Of a stretch of 64,000 nt of DNA, positions 53,016 through 64,000 are shown in pieces. The stretch comes from Nymphaea colorata (taxonomy: Eukaryota), in NCBI RefSeq assembly GCF_008831285.2, contig NC_045138.2, positions 10,974,001-11,038,000 of the forward strand. The letters are read 5' to 3'. Under the pieces are notes generated by a model, which was not told the origin of the DNA, searched no databases, and saw only the letters and a program-made list of their open reading frames with translations. A program made the translations under genes and the position numbers. Position 1 is the first letter of the stretch. Every line of letters begins with the position of its first letter.

Positions 53016-54161
53016 ATAACATGATATGCAAGAACCTCAATAATAATTGGTATTGTTTATTAATATTGATTGTTTACTTGTGCCCTAAGCATATATTCAA
53101 TCCATTATATGTAAATATTTTTGAAATTTTTTACTTTGAATATTTTGTTTTTTGTTTTTTGCATTTTATTTAGAACAAGTTCTTTTTCTAACACTATGCT
53201 CAACAGTTTGTTGTTTAAAGATAGCTAACTAGTGACAATTTGTAGTATCTTCTGATAGCACGGAGATGACATGAAATGTAGGTACTTCTTCAAGTGGCAA
53301 TTCAATTATTTTGAATGTCTCCTACTTAATAAGGTATTTAAGTTGCTTTTTGCTACTTCTTTCCATAGCATCCCCAACTAGAAACACTCATAGTTTGACT
53401 CAAGCATTGGTCACTACAAAGTTGAACTCAGGCAAAAGGTACAAGCTCCATGCAAAACAAACATGATCAGCCAATAGGCCAAGAAGGGCAGTAGCTTTCT
53501 TCATGCATTAAAACATTGCACTACAACAATTTAGGGATATAGTATCTCTTAGTTTTAATGTGTTACCACTCATAAAATACTTTCATGTTACTAAAAGTAG
53601 GGCTGAGAATTGAATATTTCCTGCCAACCTCCTTTTGATTTTCTATGTTTGCTCCTCTCTCTCCTCCTTCCCTTAACAAAAACGTCTCTCAAGAAGATCT
53701 CTCTCTCTCTGCCCCCTTCCCACAACATCAGCCATACACCCAGCATCACCGTCGAAGCTACTTTTCGCCAGTTGTTCACATCATAGGGTTGCCATTTTGT
53801 TGAACAACTTTTCTCTTTCTCTCATTCTTCAAATTCCAAGGGCATCCTCAATCATCTGCCTACCGTTTAGGGACTGCATTTCATGTTCCTTTATTGACAT
53901 AGAATGAGTAGAGATAATACATAGTTCTCTACCTTTCCCACATTTCTTGTCTGAACCTTGATTTTCATGTCACTTTTTGTGTCCTCATTTTTGTTGCAAA
54001 AATGTTGCTCCTCTTTCAACAGCAATCACCTTTGAGCTCCTCCATTTCTTTCTACCAGTCAAGCCTCTTCTTTCGGTAATCCACTCCATCACACACCCAA
54101 CGGGAGCTTAGGATAACAGTTTTGGGTGAGTCTTGCTCTCCAACATCTTAAATGAGGCATA

Positions 54162-54164
<3 letters not shown>

Positions 54165-54206
<42 letters not shown>
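54165..54206. repeat. (TC)n microsatellite
   Basis: Direct reading. Confidence 0.95.
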
Positions 54207-54210
<4 letters not shown>

Positions 54211-54391
54211 GGTGTTTCACTTATTTTTATTGTTAATTTGTTTCCTTTATATTGGGCATTAGGAATACAAGGATGCTGATGAGTTGTATTTGGAAAGCGA
54301 CGCAATCAAACAGCTTCTAATTGATTTTCCCTTCAAACAAGTCATAAAATTGCATTTTATCATTATAAAAGCACCAAAAGAGTATGGCATG

Positions 54392-56262
54392 TGTTATCAC
54401 CCTAAATTTTTCCAAAAAGGGGTGTATTTCATTTGCATTCAAATCTTAATTATTTCATCTGGGTTTAATACCAGGGCCTTAAGCCCAATCCCATACCCAA
54501 GATAAATTTGTGACTATTCAATCCAAAATGAATTTCTAAACCCTTGTTTGAAACCAAACACAAAATTCAAATTCAAAACTCAACTTCAGACGTGAGATTC
54601 AAATCAAAAATCCAACTCTTGGATCCAAATTGGATCCAAAATCAAAGCCTAGATCCAAATCAAGCATTTCAAACTTAAAATCCAAAATTGAGATCAAAAC
54701 AACAAAATTTGATAAGCGCTATACTCGCATGCAAAGACCATTCTTTTGTTTTATGTTTCGTTCTCGCCCCAGGATGTATTTTAGAGTCTAAATCATTCAA
54801 AACGGAGTCGGCCACCCATTTATAATGAAAACATTTTTTTACACATTTTAAATAAAAAATTATGCTTCTTATAAAAGCAATCTTTTTTTATTCATTTTAT
54901 TTGAATTTATTTTGTTGTTTTAAAAAAAATCGCAAGTCGCGCGAGACCACATGGCTCACAGCCACTCCCGTGCGCAAATGCATGTAAGAGCCCCCATTTT
55001 AATGGAAAACCACCCAAAGGGGCAGTTTTGGCTTGGCTGGGTGGGCATTAGCCCTGCCTACACTCCAAAGGGGTACTTGCAGGGATAGTGGCCAATCCCA
55101 CTTAGTCAAAGCCTATTCTAAAAAAAATTAAATTTATTCAAAAATATTTAAAATTCGTATGAAAATCTTGTCAAATTAAAAAAAAAATCAAACTTTGAGT
55201 TTTGGCTCCAAAACTCCCTATAAATGCCCCCACAATCTTCCCTTTCAGGCATGAGTTCACCCTTGAGGAACTTTCAGTGTTTTGTCACTTGAAGTTTTGA
55301 GTTTTTCCTTAGCTTTTCTCTCCATTTCTCTCTTCTTCTCTTCTTCTTCTCCAACCTTGAAAACAAGCTTCTCCTAGCTCAAACTCTTCAAGCGAGTACG
55401 AACAGATCTCTTGAGGAGATATCCTCATCATCTTCAAGTTTCATCCTAGGCAACCCTAAGATCATTCAAATGAAGAGGTTCATTCTTCTCAATTCCTCTT
55501 ACCACCTTCCCATGACCATGCAAGGAAGCTCAAATGATTTCCTATCCGAAATCAAAACTACATCTTGAGTGTATTGGGAGTATAAGCAAAGCGAAATAAA
55601 TTCTATTTCTTCATTTATCTCCAAAAATATGCTTGTTATATTGCTTACTCATCATTTATGATTAAAATGATGTTTATGTTTGATGTATTAATTTTCCTTA
55701 ATTGATGAGCAAATGTACTAAAGCGAGAAAGAGTGTTTGGGGTTGGGACTTCTTCATTTTTATATTGATTTTTAAGGTTTGGACTTGTCCAACCTGGGAA
55801 AGTCATTCACAAATTTGTACATGTTAAAGTGCATCTTCATGTTATTCTCACACTTAGTTTCTTTCTTAATCACCCGATTAATAACCCCAATGAGTGTTTT
55901 ATTATGTTTCTCTCTATTCCATGTATGTTTGATTTTCTTCCATACCCAACGGTAGAAGAATTCAATTTTCTTGTAATAATTGTGGTTTTTATGTTCACAT
56001 ACAAAAATATTTAGAATCATGTTTTCTAAAAGATTTTTGAATGCAAAAACCTCCTTTAATGAGGTCTTGAAGACTTAGCCTAGGCTCTTGCATGAGTCCA
56101 AGTTCCTCTTCAGCCTACATAAAAATCAAAGTCGGATATTTTTAAGTTATTTCTTGATTTCGATTCTCATGAAAACATATACGTATATACATGTTATATA
56201 TATATACGTGCACATTATTATTTCTTTTTGTCATTCTCTCTTTATGATTTAACCATTCTCTC

Positions 56263-56300
<38 letters not shown>

Positions 56301-57248
56301 CATTGTAAAATCTTTATCTCTCTTTCTAAAATCTTCTTTTCCCTCTCTATTTGATATAAACTTCCTCTTTGCAAGCTTTCATATACGTATCCACACGTAT
56401 ATATATATATATATAATTATGTACATGTATATGTAGCTCTCTCTTTTTCAAATCTTTTGTTTTGTGATTTTTAAAATCTCTTTGTCTCTTCATTTTTTCC
56501 TCTTTCTCTCTATGAAAATTTTTCATCTTCTCCATTCTTTTAAATATTTTTCTCCATGATGACTTCACCAAGATTAAAAACTCAAATAATGACCCAATAT
56601 TGGAATTCTACAACATCATTCCATTTTCAAAAACTTTTCTCTTTTCATAAAAATTATGGCAATAAACAAAAATGAGAAGCTTAGATGTATGTGACGGTAG
56701 AAATGTGTTTAGATGAATGTAGTGGTAGGAATGAATCATGTAGGATTAATGCATTCAGACTACGAATGATCACAAGCACATCTTTTAAAGAACTTGAGCA
56801 AGATGAGATGGAACTCTAACTAGGTAGCAACTGAATTAGAGCAAAGTCCCAAACCTACTTAAAGTTTTAAGAGAACACTCAATCCTCTTCAAAAGTAATT
56901 TCCCAAGCTTTCCAAATGGTATTTGTAAATATTTCTCAATTCAAAATTTCTCAAATCAAAATGTTTTACACTCTCAAGTGATTCTTAAAAAACTTTCTCA
57001 AAAAATTGAAACATCAAATTTTCAACATTTTTTCAAACACAACACCACATTTAGAATGAAAAAGATGTTTATGCCAAAGTGAAATGCATAAAAAATAAGC
57101 ATAGCCCTTGGATTGGTTACCCCCGATAAAGACACCAGAAACGGTCGATCCTCATACTGACAGGCGAGTCCCTTTCTCTCTCATTTCAAAACAAAACCTC
57201 ATTTTTTTGGATCCCTCCCAAAACCAAAATTTTTTTGGGATGCAAATA
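54392..57248 (+). mobile_element. Solo LTR of the Tat/Ogre family seen at 4601-7913
   Basis: Starts TGTTATCACCCT and ends GATGCAAATA; 5-bp TSD GCATG / GTATG; collinear with the first LTR; no adjacent PBS or PPT. Confidence 0.85.
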
Positions 57249-59767
57249 GTATGGGATCTAAAGTCTCTTTTTTGTTTCTTAAATTGGTTTCTTATCACAT
57301 TGTTTATTGCTTAATAAGAATTATATTCCTTTATTGTACCATTTATATTCTGCTCTACATTTATTACTTTCTTTTGTTTCGCTTAGTTGTTCCCTATGTG
57401 ATAATAGGGATAGTGACGATTAGCATATAGATTAACTGAATTCTTAAAGCTTTACGGAAGACAAAGCGTTCTCTTGAGCATTTAGTATCATCTGCCATTT
57501 TTATAATATATTTGTTTTCATTTAAATCTCAAGTTTGCTTTCTATCATAGATTTGTCTTAGGGTTGTATAGTGAAAAGTGATTTTTAATCTCCAAGCCTT
57601 TTTGTTTGGATGTTGACTATTTTAGTGAATGTTGTTTCTTATGGATGAAATCTGGTTTTGGTTCTCATATGCCAATTTAAATATTGGTCTAATTGTAAAA
57701 GCTAGAAAAAGTCAGTATACATGTGGGAAAGATAGAGTGTTTTGTTTATATTTTTGTACTTCATGCATATTTGAACCATACGAATGTTGAATCATAGATT
57801 CTGATCTTTTTTATCTATACTTTTGGACATTAGTTGCACTTTGGGACTGTATTTGGCTAGTAAAAAATGTGGAATGTGCTCATGTCAACTTATATTTACC
57901 GACTGCATGTAACTCATGTCAACATAATAGGAAGTTTAAGAAAGATAAAGAATGCTTCGTTTGCATTTTAGAATGTTTGGGGAATGCATGAGTTAGAAAT
58001 CTTGAAGCCTGTTTGCTAAAAACAAAAATTTCGAGTTCATGGTCTTCAATTTTCAAGTGTCTTGTGTATCTTACAGCACAAATGACAAAAATCTCTGTTG
58101 TCTGGTTGAAGAGCATCTTAGTATTCTAAGTTTCACAGATGCAAGTGCAAACTACAAGATTGCTATTAGTTCAGTTACTATGTTCATTTTGCTATTGTCT
58201 TGCTTTTGGTGTATGTGCTTTGCACATTAATTGTGTTTGTATAGATAGGAGGCAAGCTACTTCGTCAATGCAACTTGAATTACTATTTTCCTAGATATTT
58301 CATCTCATATTCAAGTCTTCCTAGTTTCATCTTTTTCATCAAATCCATGAAAGTGCCCAGCTGGTGCTTTTTTTTTCATTCTTCACTGGTGATCAACTTC
58401 AATGAGAGATGCAATTAAAAGTTTCACATGATCAAAATATGCTTTATTATCCAGCAAAAGTTAGCATATGAAACAAAAAATTGATAGCTTTTATTTGCTA
58501 TTTTCCTTTATTGGTATCATGGAGTTTCAGGTCAATCATTTTGGTTTAAGAAAAAGCTTGTGTTTTCAATTAATAAGTCCTGAACTGCAAATGCTCTTTG
58601 TAATCAAGGAAACATGGGCTTCAAAAGTGTGGTACTTCTTAATATGATGATCAGGATGTAGCTATGTATATGACTACATTTCATGTGAAAGATTCTTGTA
58701 TCAATCATTGGTCATGAATTGACAACCTGGCTGATTTTCTACAACAACATCAATGACCTTCCTGCCAGTGACTCAGATGTGTTGTCTCAAGGCAATCTTA
58801 AAAAGTAAGAAGGCATGCAAGGCTTGGTATTTTTTTTTATTTTAATGTAGAGACATTCATCATTTTTCAAAATGGACACACATTTCTTGTATCATTTTAG
58901 TCAGTTTTTGCATGTATATCTGGCAATTTTTTCTTGTGTTTTGTACACTTGTTTAGATCACATAGATTCATTAGTTCACTATTTTGGTGTGTTATTTATC
59001 AAGATGGAGTGCATAGTGATGGTGGAGAATCTAAAATATTTATATTCTACTGCATCTTGTGTTTAGTATATGTAACGTGGGTAAGCAGCTCCCATATGGT
59101 ATCATGATCTTGATTTCTCTTAAGTTTTAGCTATGGAACTGAAAAGACCGATAAAATACTCTGCTTTTAAATTAGTTGTCTAACACATTCAATTAGATTC
59201 ATTGTACACTTTGGGGGTTCTAGCTGGTTGCTGCCACTCAACTTTGCACTCACCGGCCCACTACACCTTGACACACTCAATAACCTTGTATGAAACATCT
59301 CTATCCATCTTTGCTTTTTCTACCTAATGTCTAAGGATAGCTCTTAGAAAGTTAACTACAACTCTTTGTTCCTCTCTATTTGTTTTGGCTGATGTGATGT
59401 TAAAGTTACAAACATGTTGTTTTTATTTTAAGAAAAAATATGAAAAAAATTGTGATGGTTGCATTTGGAAAGCAAAGAAATTCTTCTGTTATGATGGGTT
59501 ATACATCTGTTGAGTTCCTGCCAACATTAATGTTCTTTAGGTGGTACTTTTCCCAGTTGTCCTGATGGTGTTATAGAAACTTCCACCAATCTCTGTTAAG
59601 CATCTAAAGAACAATGGATCTACAACCATGGTAGATTTGGTAAAGACACTTGACAGACTTGACTATATAGGCACTTTAGAACTACCAATGATTTTGAATT
59701 GTATTGCATGTACTGAACATTTTACATGAAAGTAAATCATTCAATACATTAACAGCTGGTGTTGGGG

Positions 59768-60146
<379 letters not shown>

Positions 60147-60159
60147 GTTGGGTGACCAT

Positions 60160-61500
60160 TGCCACAAACATGTCAATATATAAGTTTCTTTTCTACTTAC
60201 TACTTGCTATATGAAAAGGTAATGAGTTACCTTTACACATGTGACAACTAGAATGCCTATTAGCTTTCATTTCCTCACTAAGGCTACTATGAGAAATGAC
60301 GATTTTGTAGACAAGCTTTTTAACAAATAGCTTCCATGATGACCTAACCAATAATGTCAAAGGCTCTACTTATTCCACTAAGAGACATAAGAACACAACT
60401 GCATAACACCAGAGTTTCGTTATGAAAGATGGTTGGGATCTTCTTAAAATGCATATATATTGTATTGTCATATCCCTTCTGTGATATCTTGTTTGTGTGT
60501 GAGTCCTTGACCTACACAGGCAAAGGAGTGAATTTAATTTGAAGTGTAATTATCATCAATTCGTTTGAAAATCAAAACAGTATTTTTTTTTATATGAGGA
60601 ACATGAAGGAAATTAGAGTATGAGATTAGAGGGGAATATAGGAATGGCATATTTTCTAATATGAGTGACAAGGCGTGTGATCAGTTCCATCACAAATGAC
60701 TACACAACTCTTACTAATGTAAAGGTTGACTGTTTACCTGCATCACCTATGATATAGGTTGTTGTCCCATGATGAGCAAATTACTTCCCATGATCGTTCT
60801 ATCTCATATTCAACTCAACAAGAGCAAACAGCGGGCAGCAACTTTCTTTGTTGGCATTATTTGCATTAGACAGAAACTTCTTGACTTGTAAAGAAATGAC
60901 TATCCTATTACATTCAAAGCCTAGCTCTTCATATATGGGAGAGCAGGTAGCAAAAAAATGACGATCATATTTTCTTCATTGCCTAATACACTCAAGAATA
61001 CACTCAAGTCATGTTGCACCAAATCATTGTTAGCGATTGCACATCCTGCAATATGTAACCTGGTCTATAATCGCCCTCATCTGGTAACTGATAAGTATAG
61101 CATTTTCCTAAGAATCTAATACTCCCTCTTAAAGAATGTAATGAACACCTGAAAAAAATGAGGATGTGACAGAATTAACTTCTTCCAAAGTTGTATGGTA
61201 GATCAGTCATCTAGTATCAATGCAAGGACATCGTAAGATAGTGTGGAGGTAATGTATGCAGCAACTGATTGATCTTTCTTTTGCTAGTTAAGATATTCAG
61301 GATTTTGACATATCTAACAGATGTCCCCCATTTTTTATTTTTTTCCTTACAAGTGACAATCTTTGGTAGGATTGAATTCTTCTTTCCTTGAGGCCAAGGG
61401 TACCTTTATTCCTTATAAAAGAAATACATACTTTTTCTAACTCAAATGAAATTCAATTTTCTGAAATGGCTACATTTGGAGGAGATGCCACATTGAGAGA
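60160..61500 (-). pseudogene. Decayed MuDR/Mutator transposase
   Basis: Minus-strand translation gives DYRPGYILQDV, LGFECNRIVISL, NANKESCCPLFALVE, TYIIGDAGK and KLIGI. These correspond in order to MULE YRP.dI..D, GF..CRp.Is.D, daN....P.afa.VE, iisD..K and SWIM-like motifs. Confidence 0.6.
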
Positions 61501-62779
61501 GAAAACCAAAGAGAATCTGAAGCATCAAGAAAATTGAAATTTGAAAGCATGAGTGATGTAGAGCCAATCAGATCTAATTGGATTGGATCCATTTAGTTGG
61601 ATTCATTTAGTTGCTCTCATTTGTTAATTATTGAGTTTAGACCTTTCTAACTGTCATCTTGTTGAATTTTCTATTATGGATCTAAGATCCATTTGTTAGG
61701 TGGCCCTATTTAAGGACATGATTTATTCATTTGAGATTAGTGAAGCAGATGCAAATTGTCACCTTTGGCTGTTTGGGTCGGTAGCGATGTCACTAGCTGT
61801 TCTTTGTCTCCCATGTAGCACTACCCAACTGTGTCTCCCATGTAGCACTAACCAACTGAGAGATGTTACTATTCAATCCCTTTCTGTTTGTATGGAAGCC
61901 TTACACTAGGACCCACCAGAGTAATATTTTTGCCAGTGGCTCCCCTCCCATTCATGGTGAAGGGCAGCAAGGAATGACCCGCAAGGGCAGTACTCCTACC
62001 GGTTGCCACCTTGGGGGTGATGGCTTTCAAGGGTGCAATGCTTTTATTACCGAATCGGAAGAAGTCGTAGAGCTGTGCTTGACCACTATGTTTAGCAAGT
62101 TTGTTTCCTTGGCAGAAAGGGCACGAGTATCAATAGGCTCCACTAGGGAGTCAACCTGAGAGTAGTTTAGGACTGATTTGGGCATCTAAAATATGGGTTT
62201 TGGGGTTTTTAAAGTAGTTTTGAGTCCACCTATTCAGTCCAAACCTAGCGCCTTTAGCTTCTGACTTAGGTTCACTCCTGGGTCCAATTCCAAGCTTGTT
62301 TTTGGTTTGAAATATTGATCCCAGAACATTCCAAACTCAAATTGAATGTGCATGGTGCCTTGAGTTGATTTTGGGTCGGTCCAAACCAGATTCCTCACAT
62401 GTGGACCTTAGATTGATGAACCTTGCCCTTAATCCCCAAAGCTCGGTCCATAATCCTCCTACCTATCCTAATTTGGATCCAATGTCTACTTTAGGTGATG
62501 TCCCAAATCAGGTCCGAACCGGATCCAAATTAAAATGCCAATCCAAACCTTTGATCTAGCTACACAATGTAAACACATATTCAAACCTTCAATCTACCTA
62601 AACCTTGAATTTTATTCCAAACCAAAACCCAAACCTACATTCCACTCCTTACCCAGATGCCCCATCCCAGCCTAGTCTACATCTAGGCCAAACCAAACTC
62701 CAAATGTCCATCCCTCACCACCCACTAAACCCAACACCTCATACTGAGTAGGACCATCTCAAGCCACCCATGCTGACCC

Positions 62780-63450
62780 GTATTTTGTGGGATTTGTAGG
62801 GGAAAGCCTTAGGAGCATAGGTACCATATAACTCAAGCACGCCTACAAGTTAGGATTGATGGTCAACAATTACAACAGAATACCGACCAAGGAGACAAGT
62901 AAATTGAATTTTGTCAAAAGGACATATAGGGAGTGCCTCGAGTTTTGCTAGAGGACCCAACCTGCCTCAAAATACACTACTGAATGACACTACATGCCAT
63001 TATGCATTAGGATTGTGGAGATTGAGAGCTAACAAGTCACCAAATATATTTTTTTTATATATTCACTTCTTTATTTTTTATGTTTTTAATTGTATTACGG
63101 TAAAGACGATAGAGAAGATCAATAGCTCTCCCTGAAAATAATGCAAGAGTCTCATACATTAAAGGGTGAGGGCTCTCACCGCCCTAAGTAGAGTTATTTC
63201 AACCTTTGTTAGAAAGCTCCTTAAAGCTGGAACACTCTTAACTCAGAGCCCACCTCTAAAACCGTCATCCAATAGTGGTGAAAATAGTCCTAATTTTAGT
63301 ACTCGATCCAACTCTCATTCTATTGACACTTCTATCCATTATTTTAGGTGTCAAGCATTGAGCTACATTCACTCAGACTGTTCTAAGGTGGTCAAGCAAA
63401 CTGTCATTGTCGAACCTGATGAAGCCCTTAAACTTGAGTAAGAGGATGCC
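62780..63450 (+). pseudogene. Possible LINE ORF2 fragments
   Basis: A WxCRG-like start (about 62785), LWRLRANKSP (like the KsPGpDG linker) and IHSDCSKVV (RNase H-like ESDS..VV). Very fragmentary. Confidence 0.35.
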
Positions 63451-63619
63451 TAAAGTAAGTTGAAAATTTACTCAAAATAATGATGAGAAGGTTTTCATCT
63501 ATGATGGGAATGCTGTATTTAAATTGTTGTATTTGCTCCATGTTTTAGCAAACCTGAAAACCTCAACTTACCACAAGTGGTTACCAAATAACATTTTGAG
63601 AACAAAATATCACTACAAA

Positions 63620-64000
63620 GGCTCTGATACCATGTTAGATCTTGATGTTCGAAACTGTTCTAACCAGGAAGAAAGAAAACATTAGAGAAGAGGACATTAC
63701 CAACAGTAAAACAGGAGAACAGTAGCCACATTTTTCTGGAGTGTGCTAAGTCTTTCTATTGACATATCTTACACCGATTTAAGAGTGTACGATAAGTACA
63801 TAGCCAGACTGTACATACGCATGATAACGCCCAAAATCTGAAGCCGGTCCATAAAAAAAACACTATGCTTTTCAAAAGGTATTAATGTACGACACCACCT
63901 AATGCCACTGAATTTAATGGACTCGATGTAGCTGTACAGGCGCTGCTCTACATATAGTCCAAGCAAGAGAACCAAATAAACTAACAAGAAAATGAACATA
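63620..64000 (-). mobile_element. PBS and 5' LTR of another LTR retrotransposon, running out of the window
   Basis: Perfect tRNA-iMet PBS TGGTATCAGAGCC on the minus strand (63620-63632) directly adjacent to the LTR boundary TGTTAGA at 63633. Confidence 0.8.

Noticed and set aside
54108..54305. ORF with an ER dipeptide run
   Set aside because: Translation artefact of the (TC)n microsatellite.
4601..57248. One giant element bounded by the two similar LTRs
   Set aside because: The first LTR follows pol and a PPT (a 3' LTR), the second has its own TSD, and the two are too diverged to be a pair.
63611..63620. CACTACAA as a CACTA terminus
   Set aside because: It directly abuts a PBS, so it belongs to the retroelement leader, and there are no subterminal repeats.
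63620..63632. tRNA gene
   Set aside because: Only the 13-nt complement of the tRNA-iMet 3' end (a PBS); no cloverleaf.

Overview
AT-rich flowering-plant nuclear DNA that is almost entirely nested, decayed transposable elements around one intact intronless gene (34583-35062, minus strand, 159 aa, uncharacterised plant protein ending in the F-x-YD-x-x-x-Y-x-x-NFDDG motif). Elements, from left to right: a decayed Ty3/gypsy Tat/Ogre-type pol region with a 3.3-kb 3' LTR (and a related 2.9-kb solo LTR with TSD at 54392-57248); four blocks of a palindrome-rich 115-bp tandem repeat (about 60 monomers, with one orientation switch); three truncated Ty1/copia elements; two TRIM-like mini-retrotransposons; several hAT and PIF-type MITEs; and remnants of MuDR, CACTA and LINE coding sequence. 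There is also a near-perfect 267-bp inverted duplication centred on a (TA)n tract. I see no rRNA, tRNA, CRISPR or convincing viral gene, and no clearly new protein-coding system. The best novelty candidates are structural: the 115-bp repeat and its possible link to a Mutator-like foldback element, the (TA)n-bounded hairpin, and the intact TRIM. All alignments and counts were done by eye, and boundaries of decayed elements are approximate.
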